Shown here: in pieces, positions 49,725 through 61,339 of the stretch
Position numbering within the stretch: position 1 is the stretch's first letter
Layout of the letters: every line of letters starts with the position of its first letter
DNA from: an uncultured delta proteobacterium
GTDB taxonomy: Bacteria; Desulfobacterota; Binatia; UBA9968
Direction: 5' to 3'
Assembly (NCBI GenBank): GCA_963816145.1
Contig: CAWFJP010000014.1
Span: 608,001 to 672,000 of the forward strand
DNA length: 64,000 nucleotides
Notes under the pieces: model-generated
Told to the model about the DNA's origin: nothing
What the model saw: the letters and a program-made list of their open reading frames with translations, nothing else
Database searches by the model: none
Translations under genes and position numbers: made by a program

Positions 49725-50658
49725 CGATATCGCATTCGTATTTCCCGGGCAGGGTTCGCAATCCGTCGGCATGGGCCAAGACCTATGCGATCAATTTGCC
49801 GTGGCCAAGGAAGTCTTTGCCGAGGCCGACGAGGCACTCGAGTTTTCTCTGAGCCAGCTCTGCTTTTCCGGTCCCGAAGACGATTTGAAGCTCACCGAAA
49901 ATACCCAACCGGCGATACTAACTATGTCGATCGCCGCGCTGCGCGTGCTTGAAGCGGAAACCGACCTGCGCCCGGTCTATGTCGCCGGCCATAGCCTTGG
50001 CGAGTATAGCGCCCTGGTTGCGGTGCGAGCTTTGGCGTTTCGCGATGCTGTAAAAGTCGTCCGCGAGCGCGGCCGCTTGATGCAACAAGCCGTACCTGCC
50101 GGCCAGGGCGCCATGGCCGTAATCCTGGGATTGGAGAGGAATGCCGTACAAACGTTGTGCGCCGATGCCAGCCAGGACGAAGTGGTCGAGCCGGCCAATT
50201 ACAACGGCGGTGGACAGATTGTCATCGCCGGTGCTAAGAACGCTGTGGTGCGCGCCATGGCCCTGGCCAAAGAGCGCGGCGCTAAGCGCGCCCTCGATTT
50301 GCCGGTGAGCGCGCCGTTCCATTGCGCGCTGATGCGGCCTGCGGCCGACCGTCTGAACCAGGTGTTGCAAAACGTTCCAATCAATCCATTCACCGTCGGT
50401 GTCGTGACCAACGTCGAGGCCGAAGTTAATCGCGATTGCAATCGGGTGAAGCAGTTACTTGTCGAACAAGCGGTGCGGCCGGTACGTTGGGAAGAGTCGG
50501 TTAAGAAGCTTGCAGCATTGGGCTGTCAACAAGCCTTGGAGATTGGCCCCGGCAAGGTGCTCAAGGGCTTGATTAAGCGTATCGTGCCGACGTTGATTAC
50601 TGATAATCTTGAAACGCCGGCGGACCTGGCCAGGCTGAAAGCCGCTAGGCATGGCTAG
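49714..50658 (+). CDS. fabD: Malonyl-CoA:ACP transacylase
   Basis: FPGQGSQ, TQPA, AGHSLGEY, VSAPFH; GTG start after GGAGGAG. Confidence 0.95.
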   Translation: MASSDIAFVFPGQGSQSVGMGQDLCDQFAVAKEVFAEADEALEFSLSQLCFSGPEDDLKLTENTQPAILTMSIAALRVLEAETDLRPVYVAGHSLGEYSALVAVRALAFRDAVKVVRERGRLMQQAVPAGQGAMAVILGLERNAVQTLCADASQDEVVEPANYNGGGQIVIAGAKNAVVRAMALAKERGAKRALDLPVSAPFHCALMRPAADRLNQVLQNVPINPFTVGVVTNVEAEVNRDCNRVKQLLVEQAVRPVRWEESVKKLAALGCQQALEIGPGKVLKGLIKRIVPTLITDNLETPADLARLKAARHG

Positions 50659-51397
50659 TCTTCAAGGTCAGATCGCCTTGGTCACCGGCGCCAGCCGCGG
50701 AATCGGTCGGGCCATTGCGCTGGCGCTCGGCCAAGCTGGCGCTCACGTGGTCATCAATTACAAGGGCAATCAATCCGCAGCGGAACAGACGCTTAGCCTG
50801 TTGCGGGCGGCTAACGGTAACGGTGAACTCAGGGCTTTTAATATTGCCGATGAGGCTCAGGTGGATGCGGCCGTGAAGCAGATCGTCGATGCGCACCAGA
50901 GGGTCGATGTTCTCGTCAACAATGCCGGCGTTACGTCGGATAGTTTGCTGATGCGGATGAAAACGGCGGACTGGGATCAAGTCATCGGCACTAATCTCAA
51001 GGGCACGATGCTGTGCACTAAAGTCGTGTCGCGCCAGATGATCAAGCAGCGCACCGGCCGCATCGTCAATCTTTCTTCTGTCGTCGGCCAAATGGGCAAT
51101 GTCGGACAGTCGCTTTACGCCGCGTCTAAAGCTGGCATCATCGGCTTTACCAAAGCGATGGCGCGGGAGTTGGCGTCACGTGGCATTACCGTCAATGCCG
51201 TGGCGCCGGGTTTCATCGACACCGATATGACGACCCGATTGCCGGAAAAATTGCGTGAGGAATTTCTCCGCTCCATCCCCTTGGGACGCTTCGGCACTTG
51301 CCAGGAAGTCGCCGATATGGTTGTGTTTCTAGCCGGACCGGGGGGCGGCTATGTGACCGGCCAGGTGTTTAACGTCAACGGCGGCTTATACATGTAA
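50651..51397 (+). CDS. fabG: 3-oxoacyl-ACP reductase
   Basis: TGASRGIG, NNAG, YAASK, PGFIDTDM. Confidence 0.95.
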   Translation: MASLQGQIALVTGASRGIGRAIALALGQAGAHVVINYKGNQSAAEQTLSLLRAANGNGELRAFNIADEAQVDAAVKQIVDAHQRVDVLVNNAGVTSDSLLMRMKTADWDQVIGTNLKGTMLCTKVVSRQMIKQRTGRIVNLSSVVGQMGNVGQSLYAASKAGIIGFTKAMARELASRGITVNAVAPGFIDTDMTTRLPEKLREEFLRSIPLGRFGTCQEVADMVVFLAGPGGGYVTGQVFNVNGGLYM

Positions 51398-51421
51398 TGA
51401 TTCAAACAGGAGGTAGTGAAG

Positions 51422-51658
51422 ATGGCGGGATCGATTAAGGACAGAGTGAAAGAAATCGTGTGCGAGCAACTCGGCGTGAGCGCCGACGAAGTGACACCGG
51501 AAGCGTCGTTTATCGAGGATCTGGGCGCCGACTCGCTCGATATCGTCGAGCTGGTGATGGCGCTGGAAGAGGAATATGAGATGGAAATCTCCGACGAAGA
51601 CGCAGAGAAGATCAAGACCGTCCAGGATATCATCACCTACATTGAGGCGCATCGATAA
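51422..51658 (+). CDS. acpP: Acyl carrier protein
   Basis: [19 protein letters not shown]; AGGAGG RBS. Confidence 0.97.
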   Translation: MAGSIKDRVKEIVCEQLGVSADEVTPEASFIEDLGADSLDIVELVMALEEEYEMEISDEDAEKIKTVQDIITYIEAHR

Positions 51659-51831
51659 CCGCCTTTGTCCGTTCGCCATGCACCCTGGTCGGGTGCCGGC
51701 GCTGCGGACTTCGTCATTGCAAATTCGGGTTCGATGTCGCTGCAGCGACAGTATCCGGCAACTGCGCTTCGGTATTTTGCTCTTGCTGATTCACGTCCGG
51801 CATTGACATATCGGGAGGACCGCGTGAAATC

Positions 51832-52302
51832 ATGATCGCCATCGGCTGCGACCACGGCGGCGTGGAGTTGAAAGATTTTTTAGTCGGCTATTTGCGCGCC
51901 AGAGGCGCCGAGGTCTGCGATTTCGGTACTCAGGGCCGAGACTCGGTGGATTATCCGGATTACGGCCGGGAAGTCTCACAGCGGGTTTCTGCTGGCCAAG
52001 CCGAGCGCGGCGTGCTGATCTGCACCAGCGGTATCGGCATGTCGATCGTCGCCAATAAATTTCCCGGCGTGCGTGCGGCGTTGGTAGCGGATCTCGATGG
52101 CGCCCGTTCGAGCCGCGAACATAACGACGCCAATATCTTGGTTCTGAGCGGCGCCAAGACCGAACCACAGCTGGCCCAAGAGATTATCGAGACCTGGTTG
52201 GCCACTCAGTTTGCCGGCGGCCGCCACCAGCGGCGGGTCGATAAAATTACCCAAGTTGAGCAAGAAATCGGCGACCGCTCTAACGGTCAGCCCAAACCGT
52301 AA
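51832..52302 (+). CDS. rpiB: Ribose-5-phosphate isomerase B
   Basis: GCDHGG, SVDYP, ICTSGIG, HNDAN, GGRH..R. Confidence 0.95.
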   Translation: MIAIGCDHGGVELKDFLVGYLRARGAEVCDFGTQGRDSVDYPDYGREVSQRVSAGQAERGVLICTSGIGMSIVANKFPGVRAALVADLDGARSSREHNDANILVLSGAKTEPQLAQEIIETWLATQFAGGRHQRRVDKITQVEQEIGDRSNGQPKP

Positions 52303-52321
52303 AGTTTCTGAAGGAACCGTC

Positions 52322-53575
52322 ATGTCATTTCTCGAACAGGTAGACCCGGAGGTCTTCGCCGCGATTCAACGGGAAACCCGCCGCTTGGAGGGGAATCTCG
52401 AACTCATCGCCTCGGAAAACGTCGTTAGCGAAGCGGTGCTTGAAGCCCAGGGCTCGGTGATGACTAACAAATATGCCGAAGGCTATCCGGGCAAGAGGTA
52501 TTACGGCGGCTGTGAATTCGTCGACGAAGTCGAATCACTGGCGATCGCCCGCGCCAAGGAATTGTTCGGCGCCGATCATGCCAACGTGCAACCGCACTCC
52601 GGCTCCCAGGCCAACATGACGGTTTACCTCGCGGTGTTGAAACCGGGTGATAGCTATCTTGGCATGAACCTGGCTCATGGCGGCCACCTGTCCATGGGCA
52701 GTCCAGTAAATTTTTCCGGCTTTATTTACAACGTGATTCCCTATGGAGTTTCCGAGAACACCGAGACCATCGACTATGGAGAGGTCGAACGGTTAGCGCA
52801 GCAGCACCGGCCCAAGCTGATAATCGCCGGCGCCAGCGCTTACCCGCGCATCATCGACTATCCGCGTTTCCGCAAGATCGCCGATGAAATCGGCGCGCTC
52901 TTGATGGTCGACATGGCGCATATCGCCGGCTTGGTTGCCGCCGGCTTGCACCCGAGCCCGGTACCCTACGCCGATTTTGTGACGACGACGACGCATAAGA
53001 CCTTGCGCGGGCCGCGCGGCGGCATGGTGCTGTGCAAGGCGGAGCACGCCAAAATCATCGATAGTCGGGTCTTCCCCGGCATGCAGGGCGGACCTTTGAT
53101 GCATGTGATCGCCGCCAAAGCGGTGGCGCTCAAAGAGGCGCTGAGCCCACAGTTCAATGTCTACCAACAGCAGATTGTCAAGAATGCTCAAGCCTTGGCG
53201 CAGTCGCTGATGGCCCGTGGCTTCCGTTTGACCTCCGACGGTACAGACAATCATTTGATGTTGGTTGACCTGAGAAAATCGGAACTGACCGGAAAGGTGG
53301 CGCAAGAAACTTTGGACAGAGCGCGCATCACGGTTAACAAAAACGGCATTCCCTTCGACACCCGGTCGCCGTTTGTCACCAGCGGGATTCGCATCGGCAC
53401 GCCGGCGGTGACCAGCCGCGGAATGAAAGAACCGGAAATGGCCCAGATCGGCGATTTTATCGCCAGGGCGTTGGGCGCGGTGGGTGATGAACTCAAACTT
53501 CGCGCGGTGGCCGACGATGTCGGCGCGCTGTGCAAAAAATTTCCCGTCTATCCGCACCGTCTGAGCGCAAAATGA
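52322..53575 (+). CDS. glyA: Serine hydroxymethyltransferase
   Basis: [34 protein letters not shown]. Confidence 0.97.
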   Translation: MSFLEQVDPEVFAAIQRETRRLEGNLELIASENVVSEAVLEAQGSVMTNKYAEGYPGKRYYGGCEFVDEVESLAIARAKELFGADHANVQPHSGSQANMTVYLAVLKPGDSYLGMNLAHGGHLSMGSPVNFSGFIYNVIPYGVSENTETIDYGEVERLAQQHRPKLIIAGASAYPRIIDYPRFRKIADEIGALLMVDMAHIAGLVAAGLHPSPVPYADFVTTTTHKTLRGPRGGMVLCKAEHAKIIDSRVFPGMQGGPLMHVIAAKAVALKEALSPQFNVYQQQIVKNAQALAQSLMARGFRLTSDGTDNHLMLVDLRKSELTGKVAQETLDRARITVNKNGIPFDTRSPFVTSGIRIGTPAVTSRGMKEPEMAQIGDFIARALGAVGDELKLRAVADDVGALCKKFPVYPHRLSAK

Positions 53576-53584
53576 AGCCGTGCG

Positions 53585-53645
53585 ATTCGGGTTTCCAGTC
53601 TTGGGTTTCGAGTTGTAACCCGGAACGCCAAACCCGGAACTCGGA
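53585..53645. repeat. Short-period inverted repeat (GGGTTTC / AACCCGG type)
   Basis: TCGGGTTTCCAG..GGGTTTCGAG / AACCCGGAAC..AAACCCGGAACTCG. Confidence 0.55.
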
Positions 53646-53653
53646 TTAAACGT

Positions 53654-54157
53654 ATGAAATGTCCCTTCTGCCATGAAATAGAGAATCGCGTCATCGATTC
53701 GCGCTTGAGTAAGGACAGCAATATGATTCGCCGCCGGCGCGAGTGCGAGCGCTGCACCCGGCGCTTCACGACTTACGAACGGGTCGAAGAGATGATGCCG
53801 CTGGTGGTCAAAAAGGATGGACGGCGCGAAGCCTACGATCGGGTCAAGATCATCAACGGTCTCAAGCGCGCTTGCGAAAAGCGTCCGGTCAGTATCAACA
53901 CCATCGAAGCGATCGCCGACCGCATCGAGCGGACGATTCAAGAGCGCGGCGAAAAAGAAATCAACAGTTCGGTGATCGGCGAAGCGCTCATGCGCGAGCT
54001 CCATGATACCGATCCGGTGGCTTATGTGCGTTTTGCCTCGGTGTATCGGTCGTTCAAGGACATCGGCGAATTCATGGTCGAGCTCGAGGAGCTCATCAAA
54101 GAACGCAAGAGCCTGCCGCAGCTGAAACCCGGCGACTCCCGCCCGAGAAGGGAATAG
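53654..54157 (+). CDS. nrdR: Transcriptional repressor NrdR
   Basis: MKCPFC, VIDSR, RRRREC..C..RFTTYE, ATP cone, AYVRFASVY. Confidence 0.97.
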   Translation: MKCPFCHEIENRVIDSRLSKDSNMIRRRRECERCTRRFTTYERVEEMMPLVVKKDGRREAYDRVKIINGLKRACEKRPVSINTIEAIADRIERTIQERGEKEINSSVIGEALMRELHDTDPVAYVRFASVYRSFKDIGEFMVELEELIKERKSLPQLKPGDSRPRRE

Positions 54158-54159
54158 CG

Positions 54160-55263
54160 TTGTCCGGAGACCAGGTAGTCGAGCAGGAAGAGCGGTACTT
54201 GCGCTTGGCCTGTCGTTTGGCGCGTAAGGCGGCGGGGCGAACCAGTCCCAACCCGATGGTCGGCGCTGTGCTGGTGCGCCGCGGCAAAATCGTCGGCACC
54301 GGTTATCACCACTATGCCGGCGGTCCTCACGCCGAAATCAACGCTCTCAAACAAGCTGGCGCCAAGGCCGAAGGCGCGACTCTTTACATCACCCTCGAGC
54401 CTTGCAGCCATCAAGGGCGGACGCCGCCCTGCACCCGGGCGCTGATCGGCGCGGGGGTTCGTGAAGTGGTCGCCGGCATGAAAGACCCCAATCCTTTGGT
54501 CGCTGGGCGGGGCTTTCAGCAATTGCGCCGTGCCGGTATCAAAGTCCGTTCTGGCCTGTGCCAAGAGGAATCCGCGCAGGTCGTCGAGGCGTTCGCCAAG
54601 TTCATCACTAAACGGCTGCCCTTCGTCACTCTCAAACTAGCGGCGACCCTCGACGGCAAGATCGCCAGTGCCAGCGGCGACGCGCGGTGGATCAGCGGTG
54701 AGCGCTCGCGCGCCCTGGTGCATCGCTGGCGCAATGAAATGGATGCTGTGCTCGTCGGTTCGGGCACGGCGCGTGCCGACGATCCGCTGTTGACCTGCCG
54801 CATTGCCGGTGGGCGCAATCCTTACCGGGTGGTGCTCGATAGCCGGCTGCGGGTTTCGCTGTCGGCGCAGCTTTTACGATTGCCGGATGCTGGCAAAACT
54901 ATCATCGCAACGACCAACAAGGCGCCGCTCAGCAAGGTGCGCGCGTTGGCAAAGCTGGGGGTTGTCGTTTGGCGTTTGCCCAGTCGCAACGATCAGGTGG
55001 CGTGGCTGCCGCTGTTGCGTAAGCTCGCCAGCCTCGGTGTCGTGAGTCTCTTAATCGAAGGCGGTGCCGCGGTGGCGACGTCGGCGCTCAAGAACAAAGT
55101 TGTCGATAAGTTGGCGCTGTTCTATGCGCCGAAGATCATCGGCGGCGATGGCCGGTCGATGATCGGCCCGCTCGGTATCGACAAAATGGCCCAGGCGCTG
55201 GCGCTGCGGCGCTTCGACTTGCGCCGTTCCGGCAATGATCTATTGCTGTTAGGGTATTTATAA
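54160..55263 (+). CDS. ribD: Riboflavin biosynthesis deaminase/reductase
   Basis: PNPMVG, HAE, LEPCSHQGRTPPC, TLDGKIA, EGG. Confidence 0.96.
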   Translation: MSGDQVVEQEERYLRLACRLARKAAGRTSPNPMVGAVLVRRGKIVGTGYHHYAGGPHAEINALKQAGAKAEGATLYITLEPCSHQGRTPPCTRALIGAGVREVVAGMKDPNPLVAGRGFQQLRRAGIKVRSGLCQEESAQVVEAFAKFITKRLPFVTLKLAATLDGKIASASGDARWISGERSRALVHRWRNEMDAVLVGSGTARADDPLLTCRIAGGRNPYRVVLDSRLRVSLSAQLLRLPDAGKTIIATTNKAPLSKVRALAKLGVVVWRLPSRNDQVAWLPLLRKLASLGVVSLLIEGGAAVATSALKNKVVDKLALFYAPKIIGGDGRSMIGPLGIDKMAQALALRRFDLRRSGNDLLLLGYL

Positions 55264-55277
55264 GGCGGGCTCAGCCA

Positions 55278-55871
55278 ATGTTTACCGGATTGATCGAAGA
55301 TGTCGGCAAGATCGCCGCTTTGCGACTGCGCCACGGCTCGGCCGTAATAACCGTGCAAACCAGTTTGCCGGTACGCAGGATGGCCATGGGGGCGAGCGTC
55401 GCCGTCAATGGCGCCTGTTTGACGGTCGTAAGGAAATTGAAAAACGCCTTCACCGTCGATGTCTCGCCGGAGACCCTGGCCTGCACAAACTTGGGCGCGC
55501 TCAAAGCCGGCAGCCTGGTCAATCTTGAGCAGCCCATGCGTTTGAACGAGCGCCTGGGCGGCCATCTAGTCACCGGCCATGTCGATTGTGTCGGCGCTAT
55601 CGCGGCTATTGAAAAGCACGGCGAGTTTACCATCTTTACTTTCCAGGTCGCCAGGCAACTCGGTCGCTTGTTGGTCTCCAAAGGGTCGGTCGCGGTGGAC
55701 GGCATCAGCCTCACTGTGAACCAGTGCCGGCGCGCGCGTTTTTCCGTGGCGATTATTCCGTTTACCTTGCAACACACTAATTTGCAGGGTCGCAGGGTTG
55801 GTGATAAGGTCAACATCGAAACCGATTTGATCGGTAAATATGTTCATCGCTTCTTGGTAAAGCGCAGCTAA
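55278..55871 (+). CDS. ribE: Riboflavin synthase
   Basis: MFTGLIE, SVAVNGACLT, GGHLVTGHVD, GISLT. Confidence 0.96.
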   Translation: MFTGLIEDVGKIAALRLRHGSAVITVQTSLPVRRMAMGASVAVNGACLTVVRKLKNAFTVDVSPETLACTNLGALKAGSLVNLEQPMRLNERLGGHLVTGHVDCVGAIAAIEKHGEFTIFTFQVARQLGRLLVSKGSVAVDGISLTVNQCRRARFSVAIIPFTLQHTNLQGRRVGDKVNIETDLIGKYVHRFLVKRS

Positions 55872-55901
55872 GTATTCTTTTTAGATTAGCTTATTCAATT
55901 C

Positions 55902-57128
55902 ATGGCGATCGCGACAATTGAACAGGGCCTGGACGATATCCGCGCCGGTCGGATGGTGATCCTGATAAATGAGGACACCCCGGAGGATGACGGGTTTCTG
56001 TGCATGGCGGCGGAAAAAGTTACTGCTGAAAGCATCAACTTCATGATGCATCATGGCCGGGGCATTATTTATGTGACCTTGACCGACGAGCGCGTGCGCG
56101 AGTTGGGCGTGCCGTTGGTGCCGGAGGAAAATAGTCGGCTATCCGGTCTTCTTTCCGGTGCGGCGTTCTCGGTCAATTTACCGGGCGTGCATGGCGTTTC
56201 CGCTCAGGGGCGGGCGCACACGATTCGTGCGGTTATCGCCGATAGCACCAAGCATGAAGACCTGATGGTGCCGGGCCATGTGCAGCCGCTGCAAGCCCGC
56301 AGCGGCGGTGTCTTGGCTCGCTCCGGACGCACTGACGCTTCGGTGGACCTATCCAGGCTTGCCGGCTTTAAGCCGGCGGGCGTGATCTGCCAAATCTTGG
56401 ATGAAGACGGTTCGGTGGCGGTCTTGCCGTCGTTGGAACGGCTGGCCGAACGGCATGATTTAAAAATTCTCTCGGTGGCGAGTTTGATCGCCCACCGGTT
56501 GCGCAATGAGAGTTTGGTGCGGCGCGTCGCCGAAGAAGAGTTTCCGACGTTGCACGGCGGGCAATACCGAGCGATTGTTTACCGCAACGCCGTCGACGGC
56601 GCGGAGCATATGGCGCTGGTCAAGGGCGATATTTCCAAATCTGCCAACGTTCTGGTGCGTTTGCACTCGGAATGTTTGACTGGCGATGTCTTTGGATCCG
56701 AGCGCTGCGATTGCGGCGATCAGATTCGCGAGTCTTTGCGCCGGATCGACGACCAGGGCTGCGGCGTGTTGGTCTATATGCATCAAGAGGGCAGGGGCAT
56801 CGGCCTCACCAACAAGATCAAAGCCTATGCGCTGCAGGACCAGGGGCGCGACACGGTCGAAGCCAATCTCGAGTTGGGCTTCAAAGAGGACCTGCGCGAT
56901 TATGGCATCGGCGCGCAGATTCTGCGCGATTTGAAGATCGAAAACGTTTCGCTCTTGACCAACAATCCGCGAAAGATTTCCGGCTTGGAAAATTACGGCG
57001 TGAAAGTGGTCGAGCGCGTGCCGCTGGAAGCCCAGCCGCTCAAGAGCAATATTCACTACCTGCGCACCAAGCGAAGCAAGCTCGGCCATATGTTGTCGAA
57101 TCTCGAAGACAAAAACGCCAAGCGCTGA
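55902..57128 (+). CDS. ribBA: RibBA-type protein: intact GTP cyclohydrolase II with a degenerate DHBP synthase domain
   Basis: RibA: [35 protein letters not shown]. RibB fold is recognisable but its motifs are altered. Confidence 0.9.
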   Translation: MAIATIEQGLDDIRAGRMVILINEDTPEDDGFLCMAAEKVTAESINFMMHHGRGIIYVTLTDERVRELGVPLVPEENSRLSGLLSGAAFSVNLPGVHGVSAQGRAHTIRAVIADSTKHEDLMVPGHVQPLQARSGGVLARSGRTDASVDLSRLAGFKPAGVICQILDEDGSVAVLPSLERLAERHDLKILSVASLIAHRLRNESLVRRVAEEEFPTLHGGQYRAIVYRNAVDGAEHMALVKGDISKSANVLVRLHSECLTGDVFGSERCDCGDQIRESLRRIDDQGCGVLVYMHQEGRGIGLTNKIKAYALQDQGRDTVEANLELGFKEDLRDYGIGAQILRDLKIENVSLLTNNPRKISGLENYGVKVVERVPLEAQPLKSNIHYLRTKRSKLGHMLSNLEDKNAKR

Positions 57129-57150
57129 TCGTAGCAGACGGTGATTCGCA

Positions 57151-57618
57151 ATGGCCAAAATTCTCGAAGGAAAACCGGACGCGCAGGGCTTGAAGATCGG
57201 CATCGTCGTCAGCCGCTTCAACAGTTTCGTCACTGAGCGCTTGCTCGAAGGTGCGTGCGACGGCTTTAGCAGTCACGGCGGCGCCGAAGATGATTTGACG
57301 GTGGTGCGGGTGCCGGGGGCATTCGAGATTGCCATTGTTGCCGACAAGATGGCCGCCAGCGGCAAATACGACGCGCTGGTTTGCTTAGGCGCGGTGATCC
57401 GCGGCGATACGCCGCACTTCGATTATGTTTGCGAAGCGGTCACCCAAGGTTTGGGCGATGTGGTCAAGACGCATAAGATTCCCGTCGGCTTCGGCGTCCT
57501 GACCACCGACAATGTGCAGCAGGCGATGGACCGCGCCGGTAGCAAGGACGCTAACAAGGGTTACGAAGCGTTGTTGGTCGCTGTCGAGATGGTCAACGTG
57601 CTCCGACAGGTGTCTTAA
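57151..57618 (+). CDS. ribH: 6,7-dimethyl-8-ribityllumazine synthase
   Basis: VSRFN, VPGAFE, LGAVIRGDTPHFDYV, FGVLT. Confidence 0.97.
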   Translation: MAKILEGKPDAQGLKIGIVVSRFNSFVTERLLEGACDGFSSHGGAEDDLTVVRVPGAFEIAIVADKMAASGKYDALVCLGAVIRGDTPHFDYVCEAVTQGLGDVVKTHKIPVGFGVLTTDNVQQAMDRAGSKDANKGYEALLVAVEMVNVLRQVS

Positions 57619-57624
57619 CATTCC

Positions 57625-58113
57625 GTGTTTGCCGCCGGCAGTCAATTCGAGCGACCATTGTCACAGGATTCATCGGACACTACGCCCGCCGCACCGCGCA
57701 CCATGCGCCGCAAAGGCCGCGAGCTGGCTCTCCAAGCGCTTTATCAAATCGAAATCACCGGCGATTCTTCCATTGCGGCGGTGGATTTATTTCTCCAACA
57801 TTTTGAAGGCGGCGCCAAAGCCAAAGAGTTTGCCCGGCGTTTGGTATCCGGCGTGGTGAGCCAGCGGCCGGAGCTCGATCGTTTGATCGAGCAGTCGACG
57901 GAACACTGGAAAATGGAACGGCTCGCCAAAGTCGATCATGAGCTCCTGCGTTTGGCGGCGTACGAAGTGGCGTTCTGTCCGGATATTCCGGTTGCCGTTA
58001 GTCTCGACGAAGCGGTGGAGATCGCCAAGCGGTTCGGCAGTGAAGATTCGGCCAGTTTTATCAATGGCGTGCTCGACCGCATCGCGCAGACGAGCCGCGC
58101 CGATTCCGCTTAG
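57625..58113 (+). CDS. nusB: Transcription antitermination factor NusB (start uncertain; ATG 57703 is an alternative)
   Basis: [35 protein letters not shown]. Confidence 0.95.
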   Translation: MFAAGSQFERPLSQDSSDTTPAAPRTMRRKGRELALQALYQIEITGDSSIAAVDLFLQHFEGGAKAKEFARRLVSGVVSQRPELDRLIEQSTEHWKMERLAKVDHELLRLAAYEVAFCPDIPVAVSLDEAVEIAKRFGSEDSASFINGVLDRIAQTSRADSA

Positions 58114-58123
58114 GCAGTGGGTT

Positions 58124-60721
58124 ATGGACGAACGTTATCAAGCTAGAGCGATCGAGGAAAAGTGGCAAAAGCTTTGGGCCGATGAACAGGCGTATCGGGT
58201 GACCGAAGACCCTGCAAAGCCCAAGTATTATGTTCTCGAGATGTTTCCCTATCCCTCCGGCCGGATTCACATGGGCCATGTGCGCAACTATTCCATCGGC
58301 GATGTGGTCGCGCGCTACAAGCGCATGCGCGGTTTCAATGTGCTCCATCCGATGGGTTGGGATGCCTTCGGCTTGCCGGCCGAGAATGCCGCAATTGAGC
58401 GTAAGGTGCATCCGGAGGTCTGGACCCGGGAAAATATTCTCTACATGAAGACTCAGTTGAAGCGCATGGGTCTGTCGTACGATTGGGACCGGGAGATCGC
58501 CACTTGCCAACCTGATTATTACCGCTGGAATCAATGGATCTTTTTGCAGTTCTACAAGAAGGGGCTGGCCTACAAGAAAAGCTCCTTCGTTAACTGGTGT
58601 CCGTCTTGTGAAACCGTGCTGGCCAACGAGCAGGTGATCGATGGAGCCTGTTGGCGCTGCGATTCCATCGTGGTTCAGAAAGAGTTGGAGCAGTGGTTTT
58701 TTCGCATTACCGATTATGCCGATGAGCTGCTCCAGGATCTCGATCAACTCTCCGGCTGGCCGGACAAAGTGTTGACGATGCAGCGCAATTGGATCGGCAA
58801 ATCGATCGGCGCCGAGATTGATTTCCCGTTGGTCGGCCACGATGGCGTGCTCAAGATTTTTACCACCCGTCCGGACACGATTTTTGGCGCGACTTTCGTC
58901 TCGCTGGCGGTGGAACATCCGCTGGCGTTGCATTTGTCGGCTGGCACGGCGCAGGAAAACGCCGTCAAGCTGTTCATCGAGCGCTTCAAGAACATCAGCC
59001 AAGCCAAGCGCGGAGCCGACGAGGATGAGAAAGAAGGCGTCTTTACCGGCGCCCATTGCCGCAATCCGTTCACCGGGGAAAACATTCCGATCTATTTGGC
59101 CAACTTCGTCCTGATGGAGTATGGCACCGGCGCGGTGATGGCGGTGCCGGCGCATGACCAGCGTGATTACGAATTCGCGAAAAAGTATCGGTTGGCAATA
59201 CGCGTAGTCATTCAACCTAAAGACAAAACACTGGATGGCGATACCCTGAAAGAAGCTTACATCGACGAAGGCATAATGCGCGATAGCGGCGAATTCTCCG
59301 GCACGGCCAATGTCGCCGGTAAGGAAAAGATCGCCGCCTTTGCCGAAGCCAAGGGCTTTGGCAAGAAAGCGATTCGCTTTCGACTGCGCGATTGGGGTGT
59401 GTCGCGTCAACGTTATTGGGGCACGCCGATACCGATCATTTACTGCGACAAGTGCGGCGCCGTGCCGGTGCCTGAAGATCGCTTGCCGGTGGAGCTGCCC
59501 AAGGACGTGCCGTTTTCCGGCAAGGGCGGATCGCCGTTGCAAGAAAGCGCGGCATTCGTGCAGGTGGATTGCCCGCAGTGCGGCGGCATAGGGCGGCGTG
59601 AGACCGATACCATGGACACCTTTGTCGATTCGTCCTGGTACTATTTGCGCTACGCGTCGGCCGATTGTAAAACTGCACCGGTGGACGTAGACCGGGGACG
59701 CTACTGGATGGCGGTGGATCAGTATATCGGCGGCGTCGAGCATGCCGTCTTGCATCTGCTTTACGCGCGTTTTTTTACCAAAGCCTTGCGCGACATCGGT
59801 CTGACCCACGTCGATGAACCGTTCAGTAACTTGCTCACCCAGGGCATGGTTTCCAAAGAAACCTACAAATGCTCGGAGCATGGCTGGCTGTTTCCCAACG
59901 AATTGACCGGGGCGGAAAAAGACGGTTGGCAGTGTCCGCATTGCGGCCGGGCGGTCGACAAAGGCCGGGTCGAGAAGATGTCCAAGTCGAAAAAGAACAT
60001 CATCGATCCGGAGGACTTGATCGCCGCCTTCGGCGCCGATACCGCCAGACTGTTTACTCTATTTGCCGCGCCGCCGGAGAAAGATCTCGAGTGGAGCGAC
60101 CAAGGCGTCGAAGGCGCTTACCGATTCCTCAGCCGTTTGTGGCGGTTAGTCTATCAGCACCGCGATCTATGGCCGGCGGCGACTACTCGATCGGCAGGTG
60201 ATGAAGCCAACGCCGAACTGCGCGACTTGCGCCGATCGGTGCATCGGACCATCAAAAAAGTTTCCGACGATATCGACGGGCGATTTCATTTCAACACCGC
60301 CATTGCCGCGATCATGGAGCTGTTTAACCTCCTTAGCGCCGCCGCCCAAGACCCGGCTAAAAAGGCGGCCGGCGCCGCGATCATCCGCGAGGGATTGGAG
60401 TCGATCATCCTGCTCTTGGCGCCCTTTGTGCCGCATGTTGCGAACGAGCTTTGGCAACAATCGGGCCATCGCGAGCGGCTCGATCGTGTCGCCTGGCCGA
60501 GCTATTCGGACGCGGCGCTTGAAGAAGAACAACTGCTGATCGTCGTGCAAGTCAATGGCAAGGTCCGCGGCAAGATGACGGTTCCCGCCGAAATTACCCA
60601 AGAGCGAATCGAAGCGAGCGCCATGGCCGATGCCAAGGTGATGAGTTTCTGCGACGGCAAGAAAATAACACGACTGGTCTACGTGCCGCGCCGTTTGATC
60701 AATATCGTGGTGGAAGGGTGA
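58124..60721 (+). CDS. leuS: Leucyl-tRNA synthetase
   Basis: [45 protein letters not shown]. Confidence 0.97.
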   Translation: MDERYQARAIEEKWQKLWADEQAYRVTEDPAKPKYYVLEMFPYPSGRIHMGHVRNYSIGDVVARYKRMRGFNVLHPMGWDAFGLPAENAAIERKVHPEVWTRENILYMKTQLKRMGLSYDWDREIATCQPDYYRWNQWIFLQFYKKGLAYKKSSFVNWCPSCETVLANEQVIDGACWRCDSIVVQKELEQWFFRITDYADELLQDLDQLSGWPDKVLTMQRNWIGKSIGAEIDFPLVGHDGVLKIFTTRPDTIFGATFVSLAVEHPLALHLSAGTAQENAVKLFIERFKNISQAKRGADEDEKEGVFTGAHCRNPFTGENIPIYLANFVLMEYGTGAVMAVPAHDQRDYEFAKKYRLAIRVVIQPKDKTLDGDTLKEAYIDEGIMRDSGEFSGTANVAGKEKIAAFAEAKGFGKKAIRFRLRDWGVSRQRYWGTPIPIIYCDKCGAVPVPEDRLPVELPKDVPFSGKGGSPLQESAAFVQVDCPQCGGIGRRETDTMDTFVDSSWYYLRYASADCKTAPVDVDRGRYWMAVDQYIGGVEHAVLHLLYARFFTKALRDIGLTHVDEPFSNLLTQGMVSKETYKCSEHGWLFPNELTGAEKDGWQCPHCGRAVDKGRVEKMSKSKKNIIDPEDLIAAFGADTARLFTLFAAPPEKDLEWSDQGVEGAYRFLSRLWRLVYQHRDLWPAATTRSAGDEANAELRDLRRSVHRTIKKVSDDIDGRFHFNTAIAAIMELFNLLSAAAQDPAKKAAGAAIIREGLESIILLLAPFVPHVANELWQQSGHRERLDRVAWPSYSDAALEEEQLLIVVQVNGKVRGKMTVPAEITQERIEASAMADAKVMSFCDGKKITRLVYVPRRLINIVVEG

Positions 60722-60724
60722 ACT

Positions 60725-61339
60725 ATGTTTATTTCTTTGGTTCGACAGTGGCTTAGTTTGCGGTTCTTCTTGGCTGGCGTCGCTTTGATCCCGCTTGGCG
60801 GCTGCGGCTATCAGTGGGTTGGGCAATCGTCGCTCTTGCCGAAGGATGCCCGGACCGTCTACATCGAGCCGTTTATCAATCGCAGCCGCGACATCGGGAT
60901 GGAAAAGGAGCTGACCTCGGCGCTGCGCAGCGAGTTTTACCGCCGTGGCCAGCTGCGGGTGGTCGATGCTTCGGAGCAGGCCGACATCATTCTTAGCGGC
61001 GTGGTTCGCTCTCTCGAAACTACTGTGGCGTCGGTGAACCGGTACGATGAAGTGCTGCAATATCAAGCGCTACTAGTTCTAGACGCGACATTGCGGCGGC
61101 GCGAACCCAATGAAATTCTTTGGCGCGGCCAAGCGATGCGCCTAACAGAACTGTACGGTGGCTCTCGCGCGGCGGTGGTGACCACTTCCTCCGAATTCAG
61201 CACTGGCACACTCAGCGCCAACAATGTCCGGAATATGACTGACGTTCAATTGACCGAAAGCGAGCGGCGGGGGGTCCGCGACCGGCTAATGGAACGTTTC
61301 GCCACAGAAATTCACCAGCGCGTCATAGAAATGTTCTAA
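60725..61339 (+). CDS. lptE: LPS assembly lipoprotein LptE family
   Basis: Lipobox LGGCGY, ..TVYIEPF.N, AD..L.G; conserved position after leuS. Confidence 0.8.
   Translation: MFISLVRQWLSLRFFLAGVALIPLGGCGYQWVGQSSLLPKDARTVYIEPFINRSRDIGMEKELTSALRSEFYRRGQLRVVDASEQADIILSGVVRSLETTVASVNRYDEVLQYQALLVLDATLRRREPNEILWRGQAMRLTELYGGSRAAVVTTSSEFSTGTLSANNVRNMTDVQLTESERRGVRDRLMERFATEIHQRVIEMF

Noticed and set aside
51659-54160. FMN, ZTP or glycine riboswitch ahead of glyA or the rib genes
   Set aside because: The rib genes are tightly coupled to nrdR with no leader, and I could not identify riboswitch consensus motifs in the spacers.
58061-59941. 626-aa antisense ORF, and other long shadow ORFs such as 52793-54004, 10638-11759, 14728-15657 and 18748-19665
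   Set aside because: They lie opposite well-supported genes, have no motifs, and are expected from high-GC codon bias.
59860-59950. Extra Cys/His zinc-knuckle before KMSKS in LeuS
   Set aside because: A variant of the leucine-specific domain that I recall as common in deltaproteobacterial LeuS; not novel.
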